DNA of 64,000 bases from Macrostomum hystrix (lineage: Eukaryota > Animalia > Platyhelminthes): positions 16,988,001 to 17,052,000 of the forward strand of contig CATNEN010000001.1 of assembly GCA_950097015.1 (NCBI GenBank), written 5' to 3'. A model generated the notes under the pieces. That model was given only the letters and a program-made list of their open reading frames with translations. It searched no databases and was not told the DNA's origin. Positions 50,959 through 63,130 of this stretch are shown one piece after another. The stretch's first letter is position 1; the number at the start of each line of letters is the position of its first letter. The translations under genes were made by a program, and so were the position numbers.

Positions 50959-53900
50959 ATGTCAGAGGCACCTACAGTGGGCATGGCCAACAAGAACCAG
51001 TTGATCAAGGTGTCCACACTGATAATACTGACACTGCAGAATGTATCACTGATTCTTGTTGTGCGTTACATCCGAACCAGATCTGGCGACATGTTCTTCT
51101 CATCTACGGCAGTTGTCTGCTCAGAGGTGATAAAATTTCTGGTCTCCAGCGCCCTAGTTGCTTGGGAATGCGGATCCTTGAAGTCGTTTGGCGACTTTGT
51201 CATCAAGAATACTTATGGCGATCCCATTGACTGTTTGAAAATATCTGTACCTGCTGTGATCTATGTGCTACAGAATAACCTGCTTTATGTTGCTATTAGC
51301 AACTTGGACGCTGTCACTTACCAGGTAAATAAGGCCAACCTCTATAATAATCAAGAATAGGCTATCGATCCATAGGCAAACTTTTCTCGGTTTTGAGTAC
51401 CGATCAATAGACTGGAATATGTTGACAAGCAAATATCGACCGGTAGTCTGGAATGGGGTGGTGGGTAAATATCGATCGGTAGTCTGGAATGGGGTAGGGG
51501 TAAATATCAATCGGTAGTCGGGAATGGGGTGGTGGGTAAATATCAATCGATGGCTAGAATGGGGTGGTGGGTAAATATCGATCGATGGCTAGAATGGGGT
51601 GGTGGATAGATATCGATCGATAGACTGTAATTTTATGGTATGTAAATATCGATCGGTAGTCGGGAATGGGGTGGTGGGTAAATATCGATCAATGCCTAGA
51701 ATGGGGTGGGGGGTAAGTATCAATAAATAATTCAAAGAGCTCTGCCTAATAAACAGTTATTGCAACCTACAATCAAATAATCTAAAGCATAAACGATTCA
51801 TAATAATGCTATAATTACACCAAACCCTCAGGTTACCTACCAACTGAAGCTGCTTACAACTGCATTCTTTGCTGTTATCATTCTTCGTCAAGCTCTTAGC
51901 AAAATACAATGGCTAAGTCTTGTGGCCCTATTTGCTGGCGTGGCCATTGTTCAATTGCAAACTGTCAAGCATTATAACAAAGTTGGCATTGAACAAAATC
52001 CTCTGTTGGGATTGTTGTCCGTTGTGGTTGCTTGTCTGATGTCAGGTGAGTAAATCTGTGCTACATAAAAGCAAGTTTTTTTGTCTAGCAGGTTTCGTGT
52101 ACTTTTTATTGATATATATATATATATAATTTTTGGTTGGTCTCACCTGCCGATAGAAATAGATAATTGGTTTGGGATGGTTGGTCTCACCTGCCGATAA
52201 AAATAGATAATTAGTTTGGAATGGTTGATCTTACCTGCCGATAGAAATAGATAATTGGTTTCGGATGGTTGGTCATACCTGCCGATAGAAATAGATAATT
52301 GGTTTGGCATGGTTGGTCTCACCTGCCGATAGAAATAGATAATTGGTTTGGGATTGTTGGTCTCACCTGCCGATAGAAATAGATAATTGGTTTGGGATTG
52401 TTGGTCTCACCTGCCGATAGAAATAGATAATTGGTTTGGGATTGTTGGTCTCACCTGCCGATAGAAATAGATAATTGGTTTGGGATGGTTGGTCTCACCT
52501 GCCGATAGAAATAGATAATTGGTTTGGGATTGTTGGTCTCACCTGCCGATAGAAATAGATAATTGGTTTGGGATTGTTGGTCTCACCTGCCGATAGAAAT
52601 AGATAATTGGTTTGGGATGGTTGGTCTCACCTGCCGATAGAAATAGATAATTGGTTTGGGATGGTTGGTCTCACCTGCCGATAAAAATAGATAATTAGTT
52701 TGGAATGGTTGATCTTACCTGCCGATAGAAATAGATAATTGGTTTCGGATGGTTGGTCTCACGTGCCGATAGAAATAGATAATTGGTTTGGGATTGTTAG
52801 TCTCACCTGCCGATAGAAATAGATAATTGGTTTGGGATGGTTGGTCATACCTGCCGATAGAAATAGAAATTTGGTTTGGGATGGTTGGTCTCACCTGCCG
52901 ATAAAAATAGATAATTGGTTGGGGATGGTTGGTCTCACCTGCCGATAGAAATAGATAATTGGTTTGGGATGGTTGGTCTCACCTGCCGATAGAAATAGAT
53001 AATTGGTTTGGGATGGTTGGTCTCACCTGCCGATAGAAATAGATAATTGGTTTGGGATAGTTGGTCATACCTGCCGATAGAAATAGATAATTGGTTTGGG
53101 ATGGTTGGTCTCACCTGCCGATAGAAATAGATAATTGGTTTGGGATGGTTGGTCATACCTGCCGATAGAAATAGATAATTGGTTTGGGATGGTTGGTCTC
53201 ACCTGCCGATAAAAATAGATAATTGGTTTGGGATGGTTGGTCTCACCTGCCGATAAAAATAGATAATTGGTTTGGGATGGTTGGTCTCACCTGCCGATAA
53301 AAATAGATAATTGGTTTGGGATGGTTGGTCTCACCTGCCGATAAAAATAGATAATTGGTTTGGGATGGTTGGTCTCACCTGCCGATAAAAATAGATAATT
53401 GGTTTGGGATGGTTGGTCTCACCTGCCGATAAAAATAGATAATTGGTTTGGGATGGTTGGTCTCACCTGCCGATAAAAATAGATAATTGGTTTGGGATGG
53501 TTGGTCTCACCTGCCGATAAAAATAGATAATTGGTTTGGGATGGTTGGTCTCACCTGCCGATAAAAATAGATAATTGGTTCGTTGCGCTGTATGCCTTGA
53601 CTTTCACAGACAAAAATAATAACCATTTCAACAATGTAGCCATGAGTCCCAGTAGAATAAATTTGTGCAATCTTACAAGCTTAATCTTGATCTAAAGCTA
53701 GTTCCTTTGTTTATTCATAAATTTTAGTAGTTTTTTGGAAAAGAAAGTCTTCGATTTTATTTGGAAAACTCTAGAAATGAAACTACTAAGCTTGTGTTTC
53801 GTGTCCGACAAATGGAACTAATTTTCTGCTGTTACTATAATAGCAAGACTTCAAAATGAAGGTAGAGCTGGACTAAAATTTAGGAAAGCTTGAATTTGTT

Positions 53901-55258
53901 CACCTGCACATTGCATGTTAGACAAAGAATTTAGGTTAAAAATAGTCAAACAGTAGGCATAGGTTATTGTGTGTAATGTGTGTGTACTTGTAGTTGTATA
54001 GGTGCTGTTGAAATTGAAATAGTTGATATACTGACCGAGTAAAATCCGATTTCGCGCCAGATAGTTTAGCTTGCTCAATAAACACAGTAGCCTGTCCGTT
54101 AGATAGATTATTTACCTATTAGAATAATTACTTTACTTGTTCGACACATAAAATTATGTTTTAAGCAAAAAGTAACTTACTTGTTCACGGCCTTACCTGT
54201 TAACTGCCTTACCTGTTAACTGCCTTACCTGTTAACTGCCTTACTTGTTAACTGCCTTACCTGTTAACTGCCTTACCTGTTCACTGCCTTACCTGTTCAC
54301 TATCTTACCTGTCATTGTCTTACTTGTTCACTATCTTACCTGTTCACTCTCTTACCCGTTCTGCACTGTCTTACCTGTTAATTATCTTACCTGTTTACTG
54401 TCTTGCCTGTTCACTTTTTTACCTGTTAGTGGCCTTAACTATTCACTGCCTTTACATACTAACTGCCTTAACTGTTAAACTGCATCATCTGTTCACTCTT
54501 ATCTGTTGAATGTCTTGTTGACTGCCTCACCTGTTCACTCTCTTACCTGTTAACTGTCTTATCTGTTAAATGTCTTGTTGACTGCCTCACCTGTTGACTA
54601 CCTCACCTGTTCACTCTCTCACCTGTTCACTCTCTCACCTGTTCACTCTCTCACCTGTTGACTGCCTCACTTTTTAACTTTCCTATCTGTTGACTGTATT
54701 ACCTGTTGACTGCCTTGCCTGTTCACTATCTTACCTGTTGACTCTGTAACCATTCTAAATGCAGGCTTCGCAGGTGTTTATTTCGAGTTCATGCTGAAAA
54801 GCACAGAGAAATCATTGTGGTGGCGCAACGTTCAACTGGCCCTAGAAGGCGTCATGTTTGGCATGGCAACGGCCTACATCAATGACGGATCAATGCTAAT
54901 GACTAAGGGTTTCTTCTTTGGCTACGACTCTTGGGTATTGTTCGTGATCCTGCTGCAGAGCATTGGCGGCCTAGTTGTGGCCGTTGTTGTCAAATACCTG
55001 GACAATATTGTCAAAGGCTTTGCCACCTCAGCCGCTATCATTATCGCCTGCGTGTTCTCCATCTACATGTTTAATTTCCAATTGAGTCCGCAGTTCATAT
55101 TGGGCACAACACTGGTTATTGTGGCCATATTTGCCTACGCTAAATTCGGCATCACTCGCACCGTTCAGACTAAGACGCCCACGCCTATGTCGAAGCCATT
55201 GTTATCTAATAGCAGCGCTGCTCAAGACACTGACAGTATTGTCAAAGTGTCCGAGTGA
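50959..55258 (+). CDS. SLC35A2: Nucleotide-sugar (UDP-galactose / UDP-GlcNAc) transporter, SLC35A2/A3 family; exons 50959-51324, 51832-52045, 54765-55258
   Basis: VPAVIYVLQNNLLYVAISNLDAVTYQ|VTYQLKLLTTA, SGFAGVYFE, WWRNVQL, GGLVVAVVVKYLDNIVKGFATS; GT-AG introns in phases 0 and 1. A2 versus A3 not resolved. Confidence 0.9.
51425..51722. repeat. ~36-37-bp minisatellite (GGAATGGGGTGGTGGGTAAATATCGATCGGTAGTC), SLC35A intron
   Basis: About 7 degenerate copies. Confidence 0.88.
52133..53580. repeat. 44-bp minisatellite (GGTCTCACCTGCCGATAGAAATAGATAATTGGTTTGGGATGGTT), ~33 copies
   Basis: Seen directly. Confidence 0.97.
54170..54745. repeat. 16-bp degenerate minisatellite (CCTTACCTGTTAACTG) running up to the 3' splice site
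   Basis: About 35 degenerate copies. Confidence 0.9.
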
Positions 55259-55277
55259 AATGGATGAGCGACTAGCA

Positions 55278-55945
55278 CGGAAATCCCTCAGGTTTTGTAG
55301 GGAAATCCCTCAGGTTTTATAGGGAAATCCCTCAGGTTTTGTAGGGAAATCCCTCAGGTTTTGTAGGGAAATCCCTCAGGTTTTGTAGGGAAATCCCCCA
55401 GGATGTGTTGGGAAATCCCACAAGATATGTAGGGAAATCCTCATTATATTTGTTGGAAAATCCCTAAGAATATGTAGGAAAATCCCACTGGATTTGTAGG
55501 AAAATCCCCCAGGATTTGTAGGAAAATCCCCCAGGATGTGTTGTGAAATCCCACTGGATATGTGGGGAAATCCCACTAGATTTGTTAGAAAATCCCCCAG
55601 AATATGTATGAAAATCCCACTAGATTTGTTGGAAAATCCCTAAGAATATGTAGGGAAATCCCACTGGATTTGTAGGGAAATCCCCCAGGATATGTTCGGA
55701 AATCCCACTAGATTTGTTGGGAAATCCCACTAGATTTGTTAGAAAATCCCCCAGAATATGTAGGAAAATCCCACTATATTTGTTGGAAAATCCCTAAGAA
55801 TATGTAGGGAAATCCCACTGGATTTGTAGGGAAATCCCCCAGGATATGTTCGGAAATCCCACTAGATTTGTTGGGAAATCCCACTAGATTTGTTGGGAAA
55901 TCCTAATGGATTTTTAGGGACATCCCTAAGAATTTGTGGAGAAAT
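55278..55945. repeat. ~23-bp minisatellite (GGGAAATCCCTCAGGTTTTGTA and variants) directly after the SLC35A stop codon
   Basis: About 28 copies. Confidence 0.93.
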
Positions 55946-56504
55946 GTCCGTAGGAGGGAAAATTAAAATGAAAGATTTAATTATAAAAGGAAATTTTACC
56001 AGATATTAATCTTGGACTAAAGAACTAAATTAGTTAAATTAATCCTACTGCCTCAGCTTTATGTTGATCAGGTGGCGTACCATTTCCATTACTAAAAATG
56101 TGACTTTCCTGATACTGATTGCCATTTAGTATCTATGTTGCTTAGTTTAAAATTCAATAGGTCCTCTAAATAGTGTTGATGTTATCAAATCTAATGCTGT
56201 TGAAATGCGAAAATGTTAATATGAAGTGTGAGTAGATTAGTCTGGTTAGTGATAGTTTTGTTTATTTGTTTTCATATGTTTTTATACACAATATAGGCAT
56301 CTTACTTTTGTTTTTTCCTACTAAATACTATTGCCAAATCAAGCTGGTTTTGTTAAACTTCCTAAAAAGTGATGCACTTTGTAACTTTTTCTGACTTTTT
56401 TCTCTTTTCAGTTGAAAGTTTTTGTCTAAGCGTGATAAGCATGCTTTTTGCATTGGCCTTCGAAGCACTCTGACAATAGCAAGAAATAGATTCAATAAAA
56501 ATTA

Positions 56505-56965
56505 ATCGAATCTTAGAAATCGATAGATTCTTAGAAATCGATAGATTCTTAGAAATCGATAGATTCTTAGAAATCGATAGATTCTTAGAAATCGATAGAT
56601 TCTTAGAAATCGATAGATTCTTAGAAATCGATAGATTCTTAGAAATCGATAGATTCTTAGAAATCGACAGATTCTTAGAAATCGATAGATTTTTAGAAAT
56701 CGATTGATTCTTAGAAATCGATTGATTCTTAGAAATCGATTGATTCTTAGAAATCGATAGATTCTTAGAAATCGATAGATTCTTAGAAATCTATAGATTC
56801 TTAGAAATCTATAGATTCTTAGAAATCGATAGATTCTTAGAAATCAATGGATTCTTAGAAATCAATAAATTCTTAGAAACCGATAGATTATTAGAAATCG
56901 ATAGATTCTTAGAAATCGATAGATTCTTAGAAATCGATAGATTCTTAAAAATCGATTGATTCTTT
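56505..56965. repeat. 18-bp minisatellite (GATTCTTAGAAATCGATA), ~25 copies
   Basis: Seen directly; nearly every unit contains TTCTTAGAA. Confidence 0.96.
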
Positions 56966-57719
56966 AAAAGTCTAAAATTGCAGCGAGCTTTTTGAAGACA
57001 ATATTTTCTTGAATCAATAATTATTTAGAATCACATCTTTCCAGGAACCGAATAGTTCCTTGAAAAAATCAAACCTGCTGAATTATCGTTGTTATTTTCT
57101 TTTCCGTTCCATCACTGTTACATACTAGCCACATCAAATTGCAAATGAAAAAATTATACTTTTTGTTTTCTTGTGAAAGACCACATTGCTTAATTTGTGC
57201 TGCTGTCTATTGCTGAAACGGTTGACTGTAAATACTTCACAATGCATCAGATACAACAAAAATCAACTTTCACCTAGCCCAGGTATCAGCAAAATAGTTT
57301 AATTGTCTTCTTATTCTGCTTCACGGAGTAAAAAATACTTATGCGATAATCTCCTTGGTGTCGGATTATGTGATAGTAATAGAGGGCCTTTAGTAACTAG
57401 TTGAGTATTTTCGAACATGCTCTTGTGTCACTGCTCTTTGGCCGCAATAGATTCATTCTATTTCAATAGGTAGCAATATTTAGCTGTATATTTTGTTAAT
57501 TTTTTTCTGTTTCTTCTGCCTAAATTTTGACGCTATTAATAAATTAGACGCTTATAGTTTGCATGTTATGGATGAAATATGGTATTATGTGTACGAATTA
57601 TTTTTGTTCTTCCGTTTTTATTCGAACTTATCATTTTATTACTCATATTTTAGCTATGGCCTAGCTACTGATAGACTCCACATTCCACAGAAATCCCAAG
57701 AAAATAGCATTCCAAGAAA

Positions 57720-58150
57720 ACAGTCAGTAAAACACCCACCTCACTCCACTTGCACCCAAGACTATAACAGCCACTAAAACACCCACCTCACTTTACGGCA
57801 CCCACCTCACTTTACGTTCAAAGATAACAGCCATTAAAACACCCACCCACTCCACCAGCACCCTAGACGATAACAGCCAGAAAACAGCCACCTCACTCCA
57901 CCGGAACCCATAAGATAACAGCCAGTAAGACACCCACCCCACTCAGTCAGCACCAACATGTTGTTGATACTAGCCAGCCAGCCAGAAATCAGCCACCTCA
58001 CTCCACCGGAACCCTAGAATATAGCTGCCAGTAAAACACCCACCTCACTCCATCAGAACCCATTAGATAACAGCCAGTAAGACACCCACCCCACTCAGTC
58101 AGCACCAACATGTTGATACTAGCCAGCCAGCCAGAAATCAGCCAGAACTC
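57720..58150. repeat. Degenerate ~55-bp repeat (AAAACACCCACCTCACTCCAC..GATAACAGCCAGT)
   Basis: Related to the 60180-60590 array. Confidence 0.8.
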
Positions 58151-58196
58151 TTGCACTTTTTCATCTTTCTAACCCAAAAAACTTTAAGCCTAAACG

Positions 58197-59999
58197 ATGA
58201 CCTCTCCGCCAACTGATTCACCGGTAAATCCGCTGCTAGAGTACGACATGAGCCATCCGAAGCGCGGCTTCTTTCTGATTATTAATCAGGTGACTTTTGA
58301 GCGTCAAACTGGCCAGAGTGAACGCAAAGGCTCTGATGTGGACGCGGCCAAATTGGAGGCTACGTTTAAAAATCTGGGCTTCTCTGTTGTACCATTGCGC
58401 AATCTGAAACTGAAAGATCTGCAACAAGTCCTGGCCGAATTTAGCCAGAAAGATCACAGCGAGGCTGACTGCTTTGGCATGGCTGTGATGTCGCACGGAG
58501 AGAAGGACATCATTTACTGCACGGATGGGCGTCTGAATGTGGACGAAATCACCAAACCCTTTCGAGCTGACAAATGCGCCAGTCTGATTGGCAAACCAAA
58601 GCTTTTCTTCTTTCAGGCAAGTTTTTTAACTGCACTACTCACAAGTAGGCGAGCTAGGAATATTTTTGTCATTTTTTAATTTGCGATAAAAATTGTTATT
58701 TATGCCGAAATCCATTCGAACAGGCGTGTCGCGGTTTCTCATTTGACGACGGCGTCGAAGCGCCCGACGCCGATTTGCCAAACGACGAAGATCCGCGCGA
58801 GGAGCAAGTGAAGAGGCTGCCAATCGAGGCGGACAATTTCTTCTTTTATTCAACTCCACCTGGATATTTTAGCTGGAAGAATTCTGTCTACGGATCATGG
58901 TTTATGCAGGTGAAGCTCTGATTGGGCCTTGTCTGAAATGCAATGATTCGCATCCCACGTGTGGCAGGTATTCGTTTTTAATTCAGGATGTATTACAGAT
59001 TTGTTTTAGTAAATTTATGATTTCTTAGAATTCTGATGTAATTATTAAAATATGGTATTTTCTTAGTATCAGTTGTAATATCCCTCACCTCTTGATGCGT
59101 GGATTTTTAAGAACTATGATCCAATGACCATCAAAAGAATTTGTTAGAATCCTGTCCTAATGTCAAAATATTTTTCTGTTACCATCAGTCCACATGGGAT
59201 TGGCTGGAATCATCTCCCATCAATCCACATGGAATTGGCTGGAATCATCTCCCATCAGTCCACATGGGATTGGCTGGAATCATCTCCCATCAGTCCACAT
59301 GGGATTGGCTGGAATCATCTCCCATCAGTCCACATGGGATTGGCTGGAATCATCTCTCATCAATCCACAAGGGATTTGCTGGAATCATCTCCCATCAATC
59401 CACATGGAATTGGCTGGAATCATCTCCCATCAATCCACATGGGATTGGCTGGAATCATCTCCCATCAGTCCACATGGGATTGGCTGGAAATATCTCCAAT
59501 CAGTCCACATGGGATTGGCTGGAATCATCTCCCATCAATCCACATGGGATTGGCTGGAATCATCTCCCATCAATCCACATGGGATTGGCTGGAATCATCT
59601 CCCATCAGTCCACATGGGATTGGCTGGAAATATCTCCAATCAGTCCACATGGGATTGGCTGGAATCATCTCCCATCAATCCACATGGGATTTGCTGGAAT
59701 CATCTCCCATCAGTCCACATGGGATTTGCTGGAATCATCTTTCTCTCTACGTACCACACTCTCAGGAACTGTGCCGAGCCCTAGACCAGTGCGGCAGTCG
59801 GCACGAGTTCGCCCAGCTGATGGTGACAGTCCAGCGCGAGGTGGCCTCGGAGAAGCACGAGAGCCTCACGGACTCGGTTAAGACTAGCAAGAAGAAGCAG
59901 ATGCCTGTGAGTGTCAGCCAGCTCACCAAGCTGCTCTACTTCCGTCCGAAACAGGCACTAAATGCTAAACCCAGTGCCGGCGTTGAAAATAAGCCATAA
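58197..59999 (+). CDS. Effector-type caspase (caspase-3/7-like); exons 58197-58616, 58724-58909, 59766-59999; first intron GC-AG
   Basis: Short prodomain, RKGSDVDA, MSHG, GKPKLFFFQ|ACRG, LPIEAD..YSTPPGYFSWKN..GSWFMQ, KQMP..SQLTKLLYF. Confidence 0.92.
59180..59740. repeat. 35-bp minisatellite (CATCTCCCATCAGTCCACATGGGATTGGCTGGAAT), caspase intron 2
   Basis: About 16 copies. Confidence 0.96.
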
Positions 60000-60174
60000 T
60001 TTCGTTTCATTACGAATTATCGTTCAGCTGATAATGACGTTCGTCCTAATGTTGCTGATCGATTTTATAATTTTTTATGTCTTTATTATTGAACGTCATT
60101 AATTTGTATGCTGTGATATTTTATTTAGTTTAAAGTCTTTTTACTAGTTTAAAGAAACTACCACTATATAACAT

Positions 60175-60590
60175 ACAGTTGAAAAACAACCACCCCACTC
60201 CACCCACACCCCGAAGAAGATAACAGCCAGTTAAAAAACAACCACCCCACTCCACCCACACCCCGAAGAAGATAACAGCCAGTTAAAACCAACCACCCCA
60301 CTCCGCCAACACCCCGAAGAAGATAACAGTCAGTTAAAAAACAACCACCCCACTCCGCCAACACCCCGAAGAAGACAACAGCCAGTTAAAACCAACCACC
60401 TCACTACGCCAACACCCCGAAGAAGATAGCAGCCAGTTAAAAAACAACCACCCCACTCCACCCACACCCCGAAGAAGATAACAGCCAGTTAAAACCAACC
60501 ACCCCACTCCGCCAACACCCCGAAGAAGATAACAGTCAGTTAAAAAACAACCACCCCACTCCGCCAACACCCCGATGAAGATAACATCGA
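60175..60590. repeat. ~54-bp minisatellite (AACCACCCCACTCC..ACACCCCGAAGAAGATAACAGCCAGTTAAAA), 3' of the caspase
   Basis: About 7 copies. Confidence 0.93.
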
Positions 60591-61024
60591 TGAAGATATC
60601 TTTTATTAGGTTTTTGTAGATAGTATTGCAAACTTGATTGTGTCTAACTTTACAGATATATTTTTCTGTCTTTTTTTCCAATCGAGAATAAATCTGAACA
60701 ATTTTCTTTGCTGTGATATTTTAGGAAATGTGACATTTTTAATTTTTTAATCAATTTTAGCCACATTGGCCAAAACAGGTCTTCCAATATACATGCTCAA
60801 GAATAATTAACAAGGTTGTATATGGAAACAAATACATTTTTTAAGGAATCTCACTTTTTTATACTTTTACAATAAAACTAATTTGTATCGTTTAAGTTCT
60901 TTTTATTTATCCATATCCCCATGTATTTCAAAAGTAACAACTTTTTAATGTTTATTTACTTAATTTTTCTAAAGTCTATCGATATTATATATCTCGAGTT
61001 GTTTAACTTATCCTATTGTTTTGC

Positions 61025-61635
61025 TCAAGTTATCCCATCATCCATTGCTCTAGTTATCCCAAAGTTATCCCATCATCCATAGCTCTAGTTATCCCAAGTT
61101 ATCCTATCATCCATACCTCTAGTTATCCCAAGTTATCCTATCATCCATAGCTCTAGTTATCCCAAGTTATCCCATCATCCATAGCTCTAGTTATCCCAAC
61201 GTTATCCCATAATCCATTGCTCTAGTTATCCCAAAGTTATCCCATCATCCATAGCTCTAGTTATCCCAAAGTTATCCCATCATCCATTGCTCTAGTTCTC
61301 CCAAAGTTATCCCATCATCCATACCTCTAGTTATCCCAAGTTATCCCATCATCCATTGCTCTAGTTCTCCCAACGTTATCCCATAATCCATTGCTCTAGT
61401 TATCCCAAAGTTATCCCATCATCCATAGCTCTAGTTATCCCAAAGTTATCCCATCATCCATTGCTCTAGTTCTCCCAAAGTTATCCCATCATCCATACCT
61501 CTAGTTATCCCAAGTTATCCTATCATCCATAGCTCTAGTTATCCCAAGTTATCCCATCATCCATAGCTCTAGTTATCCTAAAGTTATCCCATCACCCATA
61601 GCTCCAGTTATCCCAAAGTTATCCTATCATCCACA
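61025..61635. repeat. ~35-bp minisatellite (AAGTTATCCCATCATCCATAGCTCTAGTTATCCC)
   Basis: About 17 copies, ending just before the next coding exon. Confidence 0.95.
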
Positions 61636-61679
61636 GCTTCAGTTGAGCCGAGGAATCGAAGCCCTTGGCCCGAATCCGT

Positions 61680-62457
61680 ATGGCTACAACAGAGAGTGTG
61701 AACAAAGACCGCAAAGCGGATGGTGACGAGCCGTCCGTTGACGATGACTCTCTCGGTGACGTATTTCATCGTAGTCGCCCGGACCTCCTAGCTGGCATCG
61801 CCGATATTGAAGTCGCAGCCTCGGCGTCTTCGACACCGCATAGCAGTGTTGCCATGGCAACCAACGCGCCAACTCTGCTAGCATCAGTTTCTCTGCCAGA
61901 CGATGGCACTAGGCGCGGCTCCACAGTGGAATCCTTGCTGTTTGACATTTATGACAGGCTGCAGTTTAGTGGCGGTCGCTACGGCTGCGGCCGGGGTCAT
62001 GGAGGCGGTTTCTTTGACTCCAGCTTCGAGTCGGACACCTACACTGACACGGCCAACGAGTCAGCTGCGGTTGCCGCCGCTGCAGCCACAGCAGCCGCTC
62101 TGGCCGCTTCAAAGCCGTCTCGTTTCGGCTTCCTAAGAACCGGATTGTCTCTGTACAGGCAGCAGCAGCAAGCGTCAATAAATCAGCGAGTTAATCGATG
62201 CTATTCAACGCCAAGCGACACTGATTTGGCCGCAGCCGCGGTGGCAGCGGCCGCCGGTGCGTCATCGCGCAACGAGGACCTACTGGCGTTGCCAAGGGAG
62301 GAGCTGATCCGGCTTGTGCGGGAGATGCGCGCTAGGGTTGGCCAGACCTCCGCTAGGCTGGTCAGGGAGCTCAAGAGGCGAGATCATCGGCTGGCTAGGC
62401 TGCAGAAGAATTGCGACCTGCTCACTGCGGCTCTGCAGGCTGCGAGTCAGAAGAGAA
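61680..62457 (+). CDS. First coding exon of a coiled-coil protein, possibly TBC1D30-like (Rab-GAP); gene probably continues beyond the window
   Basis: GC-rich ORF; first ATG after an in-frame TGA; coiled coil ELIRLVREMRARVGQTSARLVRELKRRDHRLARLQKNCDLLTAALQAASQKR ending at donor A|GTGAGT. The family guess rests on my recollection of invertebrate TBC1D30 N-termini. Confidence 0.6.
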
Positions 62458-62559
62458 GTGAGTGCCCACTCAGTGCTCATTACTCAGCAGTCTTTTCTGA
62501 GAGGTCATGGCTCGTTCTATTCAAAGGTCGCGGCTAATACTATTGAGATATCATGGCTC

Positions 62560-63130
62560 ATTAATGAGTGCTTATGGCTCATTGGGTAAGGTAGTAGTGA
62601 CTCATTCAATTAAGAGATCAATGCTCATGAGTCATCACGGCTCATTAATGAGTGTTCATGGCTCATTAATTAGTGGTCATGGCTTGTTGATGAGTGGTCA
62701 TTGCTCATTAATGAGTGGTCATTGCTTATTGTTGAGTGGTCATTGCTCATTAATGAGTGGTCATTGCTTATTGTTGAGTGGTCATTGCTCATTAATGAGT
62801 GGTCATTGCTTATTGATGAGTGGTCATGGCTCATTAATGAGTGGTCATTGCTTATTGATGAGTGGTCATGGGTCATTAATGAGTGGTCATTGCTTATTGA
62901 TGAGTGGTCATGGCTCATTAATGAGTGGTCATTGCTTATTGATGAGTGGTCATGGGTCATTAATGAGTGGTCATTGCTTATTGATGAGTGGTCATGGGTC
63001 ATTAATGAGTGGTCATTGCTTATTGATGAGTGGTCATTGCTCATTAATGAGTGATGATGGCTCATTCAGTGAGACCTGGTAGGGGTCGTGCAGTGGCTCA
63101 TTAGTTAGAGGTCATGGCTCATTCATCAAG
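62560..63130. repeat. 21-bp minisatellite with 42-bp dimer structure (GGTCATTGCTCATTAATGAGT / GGTCATTGCTTATTGATGAGT)
   Basis: About 22 units. Confidence 0.94.

Noticed and set aside
55278-55945. GGGAAATCCC array as NF-kB sites
   Set aside because: Lies just after a stop codon, many units deviate, and GGGATTT/AAATCCC cores are common in other arrays here; no independent support
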